Below the pieces are notes generated by a model that saw nothing but the letters and a program-made list of their open reading frames with translations, was not told the DNA's origin and did no database searches. This document shows, piece after piece, positions 52,084 through 61,643 of a DNA stretch of 64,000 nt; position 1 is the stretch's first letter; each line of letters opens with the position of its first letter. The translations under genes were made by a program, and so were the position numbers. Source of the DNA: Minisyncoccota bacterium (GTDB lineage: Bacteria; Patescibacteriota; Minisyncoccia; Phycocordibacterales; UBA9973); contig JARLIG010000009.1 in NCBI GenBank assembly GCA_031291825.1, positions 65,281-129,280 of the forward strand. The letters run 5' to 3'.

Positions 52084-53844
52084 ATGCAAAGCGAAACTAA
52101 AAATTGTCAGAATTGCAAAAAAAATTTCGTGATCGATACGGAGGATTTTAATTTCTACAAAAAGATGCAGGTTCCTCCACCAACTTTCTGCCCCTTGTGC
52201 AGAGCGCAGAGAAGACTCGCCTGGAGAAACGAGAGAAAATTATTTAAAGTAAAAAATTTCTTAACTGGCCAAGATATTTTTTCTTCTTATCCAACAGAAA
52301 GCGGTAGAAAAATCATGACCCGAGAAGAATGGTTCAGTGATGACTATAATGATATGGAGTATTCTCTAGATATTGATTTTACTAAGCCATTTTTTGAACA
52401 AATTGAAGAATTAAATAAAATTGTGCCAGTGTATAACTTCAACAACATTGGTACGGTTAATAGCCCGTATGTCTTTAATGTTTCTTATGTGAAAAATTGT
52501 TATCTAATCGTCAACTCAAATTTTTCCGAGGACTGTATGTATGGCAACGGCGTAGATTCGTGTAAAGATTCCAATGACAATTCGCACGTAAGTCAATCCG
52601 AGAGATGTTATGAGTGTTTTTGGATCAGACATTGTTATCAGTGTTATTTTACAACAATGTCTTGGGACTCAAACAATCTTTATTTTTGTAGAGATTGCGG
52701 AGATTGTAATAATTGTTTTGGTTGTGCCAACCTACGTGGTTCATCTTATTGTATTTTCAACGAAAAATATTCAAAAGAGGATTATCAAAACGAAATTAAA
52801 AAAATGCGTTTAGATACAGTTGCTGGATTAGAAGAAGCGAGAGTAAAAACTAGAGCATTTTGGAAAAATCAGCCAACTCGACATCAACAAGGCGTAAGGA
52901 ATTTAAATTCAAGCGGTTCTTATGTGACAGATTGCAAAAATGTAAATGATAGCTATCTGATCAGAGAAAGCGAAAACATGCGTTACTGCCAGTACATGCA
53001 AGTACCAGGGAATAAAGATAATTATGATTCCTGCAACTGGGGAGAACATACGGAAATGAATTACGAAACGTTAGAATGCGGGGAAAATTCTTATAATAAT
53101 AAATTCTCCCGCAGCTGTTGGCCCTCTTCTAGAAACAACGAGTACTCTACTCACCTTTTCAGTTGCTCCGATTGTTTTGGATGCGTCGGCTTAAAAAAAA
53201 GACAGTACTGCATTTTAAATAAACAATGTACAAAAGAAGAATACGAAACTCTTGTGCCAAAAATAAAAAAACACATGGATGAAATGCCTTACGTTGATTC
53301 AGAAGGGATAGTTTATAAATACGGAGAATTTTTCCCAACAGAATTTTCACCACTCGGATATAACAACACCGTTGCCATACAACATTTTCCGATGACTAAA
53401 GAAGAAGCGCTGGCCAAGGGATATGAATGGATAGAAGTACCCCGTGGTGAATATAAAATTACCAAGAAAGCCTCGGACTTGCCAGAATCGATTGCTGAAG
53501 TCGATGAAAATATTATAAAAGAGGTCCTTGAATGTGAAAATTGTAAAAATCCATATAAAATCCTAGAGAATGAATTTCTGTTTTATAAAAAAGAAAAACT
53601 TCCCCTGCCCCGCATCTGCAGTGAGTGCCGACACGAAAGAAGAATTAGCGATCGATTAAAGATCCAATTACATGAAAGGTCTTGCATGTGTAAGGGTGAC
53701 ACCGACCAGAGTGGTTTATATAAAAATACCGCGGTTCACAATCATAAAGATTCTCCTTGCGGCGAACAATTTAAAACTGGTTACTCCCCTGATCGCCCAG
53801 AAATAGTTTACTGCGAGCATTGTTACCAGCAGGAAGTGTACTGA
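52084..53844 (+). CDS. large cysteine-rich protein with duplicated terminal zinc-ribbon motifs (unknown function)
   Basis: ~45 Cys; N-terminal CQNCKKNF...FYKKMQVPPPTFCPLCRAQRR and C-terminal CENCKNPY...FYKKEKLPLPRICSECRHERR share CxNCK-x-FYKK-x-P-x-CxxCR-x-RR; central CxxC/CxDCxxC repeats. Confidence 0.4.
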   Translation: MQSETKNCQNCKKNFVIDTEDFNFYKKMQVPPPTFCPLCRAQRRLAWRNERKLFKVKNFLTGQDIFSSYPTESGRKIMTREEWFSDDYNDMEYSLDIDFTKPFFEQIEELNKIVPVYNFNNIGTVNSPYVFNVSYVKNCYLIVNSNFSEDCMYGNGVDSCKDSNDNSHVSQSERCYECFWIRHCYQCYFTTMSWDSNNLYFCRDCGDCNNCFGCANLRGSSYCIFNEKYSKEDYQNEIKKMRLDTVAGLEEARVKTRAFWKNQPTRHQQGVRNLNSSGSYVTDCKNVNDSYLIRESENMRYCQYMQVPGNKDNYDSCNWGEHTEMNYETLECGENSYNNKFSRSCWPSSRNNEYSTHLFSCSDCFGCVGLKKRQYCILNKQCTKEEYETLVPKIKKHMDEMPYVDSEGIVYKYGEFFPTEFSPLGYNNTVAIQHFPMTKEEALAKGYEWIEVPRGEYKITKKASDLPESIAEVDENIIKEVLECENCKNPYKILENEFLFYKKEKLPLPRICSECRHERRISDRLKIQLHERSCMCKGDTDQSGLYKNTAVHNHKDSPCGEQFKTGYSPDRPEIVYCEHCYQQEVY

Positions 53845-53896
53845 CCCCAGACGTGAGTTTGCCTAAAAAAATATTTTATGTTAGATTAAGTCCACT

Positions 53897-54331
53897 ATGG
53901 CAGGAAATAAAATCAACAAAATAAAGTTCACACCAGTAGACATAGAAGAGCGGAAGTCGCTTGATTTCAAAGCTGGCGACACTATCAACGTCTGGTCTAA
54001 AATTCCCGAAGAAAAAAATGCTAAAAAAGGAGGAGAAGTGAAGTTTCGTTTGCAGGCTTTTGAAGGAATTGTGTTAGCTCGCAAACACGGCAAAGAAGCT
54101 GGTGCTACTTTTACTGTTCGTAAGATTGCTTCTGGTGTGGGTGTTGAAAGAATCTTCCCTCTTTACTCTCCAATGATTGGTAAAATTGAGATTACCAAGA
54201 AAGCTCATGCTCGCCGATCAAAACTATACTATATTCGTACGAAGGCGGTAAAAGATGTTCGCAAAAAAATGCGTTCTGTCACTAGCGTCGAAGACGAAGC
54301 TGAAGCAGTCGCTCCTGCCAGCAATGCTTAA
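53897..54331 (+). CDS. rplS: 50S ribosomal protein L19
   Basis: canonical L19 ([10 protein letters not shown]...FEGIVLARK). Confidence 0.9.
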   Translation: MAGNKINKIKFTPVDIEERKSLDFKAGDTINVWSKIPEEKNAKKGGEVKFRLQAFEGIVLARKHGKEAGATFTVRKIASGVGVERIFPLYSPMIGKIEITKKAHARRSKLYYIRTKAVKDVRKKMRSVTSVEDEAEAVAPASNA

Positions 54332-54407
54332 AGCACAGCTTTTGCAGGCTGGGAAAAAGCTGAATAAAAAAATTCAGTTTGATATACTAACTAAAGCAGT
54401 TTGATTT

Positions 54408-54491
54408 GCTCGGGTGGCGAAACTGGTAGACGTACTACCTTGAGGTGGTAGCGCCCGCAAGGGCATGGGAGTTCAAATCTCCCCCCGAGCA
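54408..54491 (+). tRNA. tRNA-Leu (GAG)
   Basis: GCTCGGG acceptor, anticodon stem CTACC/GGTAG with loop TTGAGGT, long variable arm, A73. Confidence 0.85.
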
Positions 54492-54534
54492 CAAATTTTC
54501 TATTTTTAGAAAATTAAAGTTTTGTTTTCTACAT

Positions 54535-54606
54535 GGTGGCTATGGTGTAGCGGTAGCACAGAGGCTTGTGGAGCCTTTAGCTCGGGTTCGATCCCCGATA
54601 GCCACC
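54535..54606 (+). tRNA. tRNA-His (GUG) with encoded G-1
   Basis: GGTGGCTA 5' end (G-1:C73), anticodon loop TTGTGGA, GGTTCGATCC T-loop. Confidence 0.85.
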
Positions 54607-54616
54607 CAATACAATT

Positions 54617-54922
54617 TTATTTCTGTGATCCAAAAACATCCTCCCAAAGATCTTTTTCTTTCTCAGCAGGTTCAAGGTACATTTCCCGACCCGCTTTATA
54701 TTCTCCCATTATTTCTTTTCCTTGTAGTTCCTTGATTGCCTTCGCCACTTCTTCTTTGCTACCCATTTTTACAAAAGCATAACCCATAAATCGCCCAGAC
54801 CCAGAATCAATTGCAAGCTTCACCTCCTTTACATTTCCCGCTGCAGCAAATGTTTCTTTGAGCAACTTCTCAGTCGCATCAAAAGGCATATCCCCTGCAT
54901 AAATCCACATATTTATATCCAT
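54617..54922 (-). CDS. RRM-type RNA-binding protein
   Basis: RNP-1-like RFMGYAFVKM and RNP-2-like IYAGDMP, ~100 aa. Confidence 0.7.
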   Translation of the reverse strand: MDINMWIYAGDMPFDATEKLLKETFAAAGNVKEVKLAIDSGSGRFMGYAFVKMGSKEEVAKAIKELQGKEIMGEYKAGREMYLEPAEKEKDLWEDVFGSQK

Positions 54923-54943
54923 TAGTATAGTATAATTGTTTTT

Positions 54944-55498
54944 ATGAAATGGAGCAATATGGAGTTAATAGAAATACTTAAAAAGGGCGGTGTTGCCGTC
55001 ATGCCAACCGACACCATTTACGGTATTGTGGGGCTTGCGCAAAATGTCGCCACCGTGCACCGTATTTATAATCTTAAAAAAAGGAATCCAGAAAAACCTT
55101 GCATAATATTACTTGGCGACATAAAACAGTTGGAAGAATTTTCTATTACTTTATCCGAAAGGCAAAAAACCGTGCTCGAAGAATATTGGCCGGGTCCAGT
55201 GAGTGTTATCTTTGATTGTGTAGACGAAGCGTTGAGTTACCTACATCGTGGCACAAATACTTTAGCCTTTCGCCTTCCCTCTTCGGAATCTTTAAAAGAT
55301 TTACTTAACAAAGTCGGACCACTCATTGCGCCCTCTGCCAACCCAGAAGGATTGCCACCAGCGCAAAACACAACAGAAGCAAAAAAATATTTCGGTGATT
55401 CAGTAGATTTTTATTTAGATGGAGGCACAATTACAGGCAAAGCATCGAAGCTCATTAAATTGCATAAAGATGGAACTGTCTCTATACTTAGAGCGTGA
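54944..55498 (+). CDS. tsaC: L-threonylcarbamoyladenylate synthase (TsaC/YrdC family)
   Basis: MPTDTIYGIVGLAQN YrdC signature, ~184 aa. Confidence 0.8.
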   Translation: MKWSNMELIEILKKGGVAVMPTDTIYGIVGLAQNVATVHRIYNLKKRNPEKPCIILLGDIKQLEEFSITLSERQKTVLEEYWPGPVSVIFDCVDEALSYLHRGTNTLAFRLPSSESLKDLLNKVGPLIAPSANPEGLPPAQNTTEAKKYFGDSVDFYLDGGTITGKASKLIKLHKDGTVSILRA

Positions 55499-56769
55499 AG
55501 AAGAAACTGAAAAAACTTTTTAAGATACTAGGTCCTGGACTGATTACAGGCGCAGCTGATGATGACCCATCAGGCATTGCCACTTACTCTCAAACAGGCT
55601 CGCAGTTTGGCTACGGACAACTCTGGACAGCACTATTATTATTACCATTCATGACAGCAATTCAGGAAGCCTGCGCCAGAATCGGCGCAGTCACTGGTAA
55701 GGGAATCGCCGCAGTTATAAAAGAAAACTATAGCAAGAAAATTCTTTATGGAGCTGTGGTTTTAGTGGTCATCGCCAACACTATTAATATTGGAGCTGAT
55801 TTAGGAGCAATGGCTGCAGCTACTCATTTAGTGATACCAATCAATCTTGCACTTTTAACACTTTTTTTTACCGCCTTAATTTTATTACTAGAAATATTTG
55901 TCTCTTATAAGGAGTATGCAAAAATTTTGAAATGGTTGGCACTTTCATTGTTGGCATACCCGCTTACTTTGTTTTTAGTGAAGGAACCTTGGCTCACAAT
56001 ACTAAAGGCCAGTTTAATTCCCCACATACAATTAAGCTTTGCATTTTTGTTTATCATCACTGGAGTGTTTGGAACAACAATCTCTCCCTATATGTTTTTC
56101 TGGGAAGCTTCAGAAGAAGTGGAAGAAGAACGAGAGAGGCATCTCATAAAGCACGGCGAAACTCATATCACAAAATCTTTTCTGAAGGCTTTAAGAATCG
56201 ATAATTTTGCAGGCATGCTGTCGTCGGAAATTGCCACCTGGTGTATCATCGTCGTAGCAGCGACCGTTTTGAATGCAAACGGAGTAACTAATATTGCTAC
56301 AGCCGCGGATGCTGCTAGGGCCATAGAGCCATTGGTTCATACTTTCCCGTATGCAGGATTTTTGGCCAAACTTATTTTTGCCGTCGGAATTGTCGGGCTT
56401 GGGCTGTTAGCTGTACCGGTACTTTCTGCTTCTGCCTCTTATGCGGTGGCGGAAACACTCAACTGGAAAGAAAGTTTAAATTTAAAATTAAAAAAAGCTC
56501 ATGGTTTTTATGGAGTTATCACGATTGCCACGATTGTTGGCTTAATGATTAATTTTATAGGCATTGACCCTATAAAAGCGTTAGTTTACACTGCGGTGTT
56601 TAATGGGGTAGCTGCTGTTCCTCTTATATTCATTATTAGCAAAATTGCTAGAAATGAAAAAATTATGGGCGAACACAAGAGCGGCAACCTTTCCAATGTG
56701 TTGGTATGGGGAACATTTATTATTATGGGAACAGCTGCAATTGCTATGTTTTTTACTCTTATACACTAA
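55495..56769 (+). CDS. NRAMP-family divalent metal cation transporter
   Basis: GPGLITGAADDDPSGIATYSQTG N-terminal NRAMP signature, ~11 TM. Confidence 0.7.
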   Translation: MKKKLKKLFKILGPGLITGAADDDPSGIATYSQTGSQFGYGQLWTALLLLPFMTAIQEACARIGAVTGKGIAAVIKENYSKKILYGAVVLVVIANTINIGADLGAMAAATHLVIPINLALLTLFFTALILLLEIFVSYKEYAKILKWLALSLLAYPLTLFLVKEPWLTILKASLIPHIQLSFAFLFIITGVFGTTISPYMFFWEASEEVEEERERHLIKHGETHITKSFLKALRIDNFAGMLSSEIATWCIIVVAATVLNANGVTNIATAADAARAIEPLVHTFPYAGFLAKLIFAVGIVGLGLLAVPVLSASASYAVAETLNWKESLNLKLKKAHGFYGVITIATIVGLMINFIGIDPIKALVYTAVFNGVAAVPLIFIISKIARNEKIMGEHKSGNLSNVLVWGTFIIMGTAAIAMFFTLIH

Positions 56770-56771
56770 AA

Positions 56772-57785
56772 ATGGAAATCAAGAAAAATTACAATTTGTC
56801 TAAACTAAATACTTTTGGCATAGACGTAAATACTGACTTTTTTGCGGAAATAAAATCCGAAAATGACATTGAGGAGCTTTTTAGTTCACCAGAATTTAAG
56901 CACTATGAAAAAATCTTTCTGGGTGGTGGAAGTAATATTTTGTTTACGAAAGATTTTCACGGCATTGTCATCTTAAATAAACTAAAAGGTATAGAAATCA
57001 CTGAAGAGAGCAACGAGAGTGTTTCTGTACGAGCGATGGGCGGAGAGATCTGGAATGACCTTGTGCTATTTGCCGTAAATCATGGCTATTGGGGTATCGA
57101 AAATTTGTCTCTAGTTCCTGGCACCGTCGGCGCGGCACCAATGCAAAACATTGGGGCTTACGGTTCAGAAATAAAAGAAACACTTTTAAATGTAGAAACT
57201 TTTGAAGTAGCAACTGGAAAGAAGAAAATTTTTAACAATGAAGAGTGTGAACTTGGGTATCGCGATAGTATTTTTAAAAATAAAGTAAAAGGTAAATATT
57301 TTATTTCCGCAATAACTTTAAAATTGAGTAAGAAAGAAAATAAAAATGTAACTTATCGCGCGCTAAAGGAATATTTGGAAAATAATAAAATTGAAATACA
57401 TAATTCAAAAGATATTAGTGAAGCAGTAGCCTCTATTCGCAATAGTAAACTCCCCGACCCAAAAATCTTAGGCAATGCTGGAAGTTTTTTCAAAAATGTT
57501 TTTATAAAAAAAGATGAACTGCAAAAATTATTACTGGAATATCCAGATATTCCATCCTTCGAGGAGAAAGGTTTAATGAAAATTCCAGCTGGCTGGCTCA
57601 TCGAGCAGTGTGGATGGAAAGGACGTAAGCTTGGAAATGTCGGTGTCCACGAAAAGCAGGCTTTAGTTTTAGTAAATTACGGAAATGCAACTGGTTCTGA
57701 AGTTTTCAATCTAGCAAATCAAATAATTAAATCAGTTAGGAATAAATTTGGACTTGAACTTATACCAGAAGTAAATTTGATTTAG
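56772..57785 (+). CDS. murB: UDP-N-acetylenolpyruvoylglucosamine reductase
   Basis: FAD-binding GGGSNILF, MurB C-terminal domain; start at MEIKKNY to avoid overlap with the NRAMP gene. Confidence 0.8.
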   Translation: MEIKKNYNLSKLNTFGIDVNTDFFAEIKSENDIEELFSSPEFKHYEKIFLGGGSNILFTKDFHGIVILNKLKGIEITEESNESVSVRAMGGEIWNDLVLFAVNHGYWGIENLSLVPGTVGAAPMQNIGAYGSEIKETLLNVETFEVATGKKKIFNNEECELGYRDSIFKNKVKGKYFISAITLKLSKKENKNVTYRALKEYLENNKIEIHNSKDISEAVASIRNSKLPDPKILGNAGSFFKNVFIKKDELQKLLLEYPDIPSFEEKGLMKIPAGWLIEQCGWKGRKLGNVGVHEKQALVLVNYGNATGSEVFNLANQIIKSVRNKFGLELIPEVNLI

Positions 57786-57835
57786 TGCTTTTTTAGCAGT
57801 ATACTTTCCTTATTAATATTAAGTTATAAATAACT

Positions 57836-58357
57836 ATGGACAAGGAAAATAATAAAAATATGAATATTGTTTTGGCAGTGATAATCTGTTTAGCAGTAGT
57901 GGGGATTCTGGTTTTTATCAGCATAAAAAATAAAGTAAATATGGCTTCAAACAATAATGTCACAAATAATCAACCTAGTGGCACCGATAATACTATTAAC
58001 ATTCCAACCACCCCATCAACTCCAACCCCTGCTCCCACCGAAAACACCACAGCCGGCGACGTAGCAAAGACTGGAGATACTGTTTCGATGAACTACACCG
58101 GAAAATTAGCAGACGGAACTGTTTTTGACTCAAACATAGACCCAAAATTTGGTCACGTGCAGCCATTTGTTTTTACTCTTGGCGCGGGGCAAGTCATTCC
58201 TGGATGGGATACTGGAATCGTCGGAATGAAAATTGGAGAAACAAAGACTCTAGTAATACCTCCAGCGGATGCCTATGGAGCAAATGGCTATCCTCCAACA
58301 ATTCCCCCAAATGCTACTTTGACTTTCGAAGTAACGCTTTTAGCAATTAAGAAGTAA
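57836..58357 (+). CDS. membrane-anchored FKBP-type peptidyl-prolyl isomerase
   Basis: N-terminal TM, FKBP domain YTGKLADGTVFDSN...PGWDTGIVGMKIGE. Confidence 0.8.
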   Translation: MDKENNKNMNIVLAVIICLAVVGILVFISIKNKVNMASNNNVTNNQPSGTDNTINIPTTPSTPTPAPTENTTAGDVAKTGDTVSMNYTGKLADGTVFDSNIDPKFGHVQPFVFTLGAGQVIPGWDTGIVGMKIGETKTLVIPPADAYGANGYPPTIPPNATLTFEVTLLAIKK

Positions 58358-58387
58358 CTTTTCACGCGAATAGCGTGAACAAAACAT

Positions 58388-59218
58388 ATGGATCTATTAA
58401 AATGCGAGAAATCTAGTCTCTTGAAAGCTCTTTTTGTCTTAGCTCTAATTTTGTGTCTGTATTTTGCTATCCAAACAATTTCTGAAATTAAAAATTATAA
58501 CGATGTTCCAGCCGACGTAACAGTAAACACCATGAGCTTTGACGGAGAAGGAGATGTTTCGGCTGTACCAAATTTGGCAACCATTAGCTTTACGCTCGTA
58601 GGAGATGCTGCAAACATGCAAGATGCGCAGACCAAAGTCACAGCCAAGGAAACAGCTGTATTAAATTTTTTAAACACTGACGGTATAGCTAAAGGTGACA
58701 TACAAACACAAGACTATAGTTCATATCCTCAATATCAAAATCAGAATGCTGTTTGTCCACCTACGCCAATACCTATGTCTGGAGGAATTGTTTCTAATAT
58801 TGCTGTGTATTGTCCTCCTTCAAAACAAATTTTAACTGGATATGAAACTTCTGAGAATATTTCAGTAAAAGTTCGCGACCTCACAAAGGTTGGAGCTGTT
58901 GTTGCGGGTATTGGTACAATTGGTGTCTCAAATATAAGTGGTCCAAATTATTCCATTGAGAATCAAGACGCACTACAAGAACAAGCTCGTAAAATTGCGA
59001 TAACTAACGCTGAAGCAAAAGCGCAAACTCTTGCAAAAGACCTAGGTATCAATCTTGTCCGTATTGTAAATTTCTCTGAAGACAATGGCTCACCTATCAT
59101 GTACCCTAAGGCTATGGCAATGACTGTATCCAGCACCGCCAACGCTTCCGCACCAGCATTACCTACTGGAGAAAATAAAATTACCTCAAACGTCACAATA
59201 ACTTACGAAATAAGGTAG
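58388..59218 (+). CDS. SIMPL-domain (DUF541) protein
   Basis: N-terminal TM, TMSFDGEGDVSAVPNLATISFTL SIMPL start motif, ~276 aa. Confidence 0.6.
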   Translation: MDLLKCEKSSLLKALFVLALILCLYFAIQTISEIKNYNDVPADVTVNTMSFDGEGDVSAVPNLATISFTLVGDAANMQDAQTKVTAKETAVLNFLNTDGIAKGDIQTQDYSSYPQYQNQNAVCPPTPIPMSGGIVSNIAVYCPPSKQILTGYETSENISVKVRDLTKVGAVVAGIGTIGVSNISGPNYSIENQDALQEQARKIAITNAEAKAQTLAKDLGINLVRIVNFSEDNGSPIMYPKAMAMTVSSTANASAPALPTGENKITSNVTITYEIR

Positions 59219-59304
59219 AGTTGACTATTTAGGGAAAAAGAGTAGTATTAAAGAAGCCCTCCCGAGGGGCTTTTTTAAAAGCCTAAAAATTTTGAAAGAA
59301 ATCA

Positions 59305-59490
59305 ATGTCAAAAATTACTGAATATTTTAAAGAAACCAAAGCGGAATTAAAGCATGTTATCTGGCCATCCAGAAAACAAACCTTTTACTACACCCTAATT
59401 GTTATTATTTTGTCGGTTATCATCGCGTATTACTTGGGTGTTTTTGATTTTATCTTTTCACAAGGATTACAGAAAATAATAACACCTTAA
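59305..59490 (+). CDS. secE: preprotein translocase subunit SecE
   Basis: 61 aa with ELKHVIWPSRKQT...single TM; precedes nusG. Confidence 0.75.
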   Translation: MSKITEYFKETKAELKHVIWPSRKQTFYYTLIVIILSVIIAYYLGVFDFIFSQGLQKIITP

Positions 59491-59494
59491 ATAT

Positions 59495-60040
59495 ATGTCT
59501 AAACAAGAAACAGAAGGAATTAGAAATTGGTATGCCATACACACCTATGCTGGATACGAAAACGTTGTCTTGCGTAATTTGCGTCAGCGTATTGATTCTC
59601 TTGGCATGAATGACAAAATTTTTAATGTTATTGTTCCAGTTGAGAAAAAAATAAAAATAAAAGCTGGCAAGCGCGTAGAAGTGGAAGAAAAGATTTATCC
59701 AGGCTATGTTTTAGTGGATATGGTTGTGACGGATGATTCTTGGTATGTAGTACGTAACACACCGAGAGTCACTGGCTTCGTTGGTGCTGGAGTCAACCCT
59801 GTACCCTTAAAAAAAGAAGAGGTGGACTATCTCTTCAAGAAAATGGACACAGGCACTCTCAAGCACAATATCGATATGGCTATCGGAGAAACAGTTTTGA
59901 TTAACGATGGACCATTTAAGGATTTGGAGGGCAAGATAAATTCAGTAGACCAAGACCGAGGTAAAGTTAAAGTTCTAGTTTCGATGTTCGGTCGCGAAAC
60001 TCCAGTAGAACTAGACTTCTTGCAAGTAAAGAAGATTTAA
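59495..60040 (+). CDS. nusG: transcription antiterminator NusG
   Basis: NGN domain WYAIHTYAGYEN, KOW domain at C-terminus. Confidence 0.9.
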   Translation: MSKQETEGIRNWYAIHTYAGYENVVLRNLRQRIDSLGMNDKIFNVIVPVEKKIKIKAGKRVEVEEKIYPGYVLVDMVVTDDSWYVVRNTPRVTGFVGAGVNPVPLKKEEVDYLFKKMDTGTLKHNIDMAIGETVLINDGPFKDLEGKINSVDQDRGKVKVLVSMFGRETPVELDFLQVKKI

Positions 60041-60063
60041 GGTAGATTAAGAAATATATAAGA

Positions 60064-60108
60064 GTCGCGCTAAAAGGACGATTGCGCGACATAATTTCGC
60101 AAAATTAA
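60064..60108 (-). repeat. conserved intergenic motif (copy 3, inverted) ending 4 nt before the rplK ATG
   Basis: Reverse complement ATTAATTTTGCGAAATTATGTCGCGCAATCGTCCTTTTAGCGCGAC is near-identical to 6462-6506. Confidence 0.7.
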
Positions 60109-60112
60109 TTAT

Positions 60113-60535
60113 ATGGCAAAGAAAATAACCAAAAAAATAAAACTACAAATTCAGGCCGCAAAGGCTACTCCTGCTCCCCCGCTTGGACCCGCACTCGGAC
60201 AGGCTGGTATTAACATTGGGGACTTCGTCACCAAGTTTAACGCAGCTACTGCCAAAATGGCTGGCGATAAAGTTGGCGTATCTATTACCGTCTACGAAGA
60301 CCGCAGCTATGATTTCGTCGTTAAGACTCCTCCAGTCACTGGTCTAATCCTAAAAGCGGCCGGTGTGGAAAAAGGTTCTGGTAAAAATAAAACTACTAAG
60401 GCAGGAAAGATAACTCGCGCTCAAGCTCTCGAAATAGCAAACAAGAAAAGAGTAGACCTAAATGCGAAAGATGATGAAGGTGCTATCGCAATCGTTGCCG
60501 GCTCCGCTCGTTCTATGGGCATCGATGTAGTCTAA
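60113..60535 (+). CDS. rplK: 50S ribosomal protein L11
   Basis: canonical L11 ([19 protein letters not shown]). Confidence 0.9.
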   Translation: MAKKITKKIKLQIQAAKATPAPPLGPALGQAGINIGDFVTKFNAATAKMAGDKVGVSITVYEDRSYDFVVKTPPVTGLILKAAGVEKGSGKNKTTKAGKITRAQALEIANKKRVDLNAKDDEGAIAIVAGSARSMGIDVV

Positions 60536-60557
60536 ATAAACTTAAAGTTACTAAACA

Positions 60558-60590
60558 AAGCACCCCATAAACAGGGTGCTTTGTTTTTTG
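60558..60590 (+). terminator. intrinsic terminator AAAGCACCC-loop-GGGTGCTTTGTTTTTT after rplK
   Basis: GC hairpin plus T-run; rplA/rplJ/rplL do not follow. Confidence 0.6.
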
Positions 60591-60614
60591 TAGTTTTAGA
60601 GTATATTAGAAGGA

Positions 60615-61643
60615 ATGAAAAATGACATCAACAAAAAACCACTTCCTTACCTGACAGGACTTGTTCAAAAATTTGCATCCAAAATAGGAGCAAGGGTTGT
60701 CGTCGAACCAGAGTGGGGTTTTGTAGCCCAGATAATTTATAAAAATGGAGTAGTCAGATCAATCAGATATCTTTCGTTGGATTTAAATCACATAGCTGCT
60801 TCAGACATAGCCAAAGACAAGGACTATGCTAAATTTTTCATGCAGAAGAGAGGCTATCCTGTAGCAGAAGGAAAAACAGTTTTTAAAGATTCTTGGGCAA
60901 ATTCCATAAAGAGTACTCGCAAGATTGCTTATGGCGTGAGCTACGCAAAAAAACTCGGTTATCCTGTCATCACAAAACCAAACAGCCAAAGCCAAGGTTC
61001 TGGAGTTTCTGTGGTCTGGAATGAAAAAGAATTAATTTCATCTCTAAAAAAGATTTTCAAAATTGATAAAGTAGCCATTGTCGAAAGATATTTACCAGGA
61101 CATGATTACCGCATTGTTGTATTAGATAAAGAAATTATTTCCGCTTACGAGCGCATTCCCCTTTCCGTCACGGGAGATGGGAAAAATTCTGTCTTGTCAC
61201 TTTTAAAAGAAAAACAAAAACAATTTTTAACACAAGGACGAGACACAAAAATAAATTTTGCTGATCTAAGAATGAAATTAAAATTGCAAAGAAAGGGATA
61301 TTCTTTTAGAGATATCATTCCAAAAGGCCGCCAAGTTTTCTTGCTTGATAATGCAAATTTATCTACCGGCGGAGATTCTATAGACGTTACAAAAAATATT
61401 CATCCAAATTTCGCTAAAATTTCCAAAGAACTTACCAAGTCTATGGGTCTGCGTATGGCGGGAGTGGATATTATGGTCACTAAAGGAAACATTACCCAAA
61501 ATCCCAAAGATTGCAGTTATTATATTATTGAAATCAATGCTGCGCCGGGTTTGGACCATTATGTAACAACTGGAAAGGCACAAAAAAGGAAAGTGGAAGC
61601 AATGTATTTGAAAGTCTTAAAAGCACTTGGAAAGAAAGACTAA
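60615..61643 (+). CDS. stand-alone ATP-grasp ligase, cyanophycin-synthetase-like (paralog of 1171-2379)
   Basis: VITKPNSQSQGSGVSVV...VTGDGKNSVLSL...LSTGGDSIDVTKNIHPN...IIEINAAPGLDHY. Confidence 0.5.
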   Translation: MKNDINKKPLPYLTGLVQKFASKIGARVVVEPEWGFVAQIIYKNGVVRSIRYLSLDLNHIAASDIAKDKDYAKFFMQKRGYPVAEGKTVFKDSWANSIKSTRKIAYGVSYAKKLGYPVITKPNSQSQGSGVSVVWNEKELISSLKKIFKIDKVAIVERYLPGHDYRIVVLDKEIISAYERIPLSVTGDGKNSVLSLLKEKQKQFLTQGRDTKINFADLRMKLKLQRKGYSFRDIIPKGRQVFLLDNANLSTGGDSIDVTKNIHPNFAKISKELTKSMGLRMAGVDIMVTKGNITQNPKDCSYYIIEINAAPGLDHYVTTGKAQKRKVEAMYLKVLKALGKKD

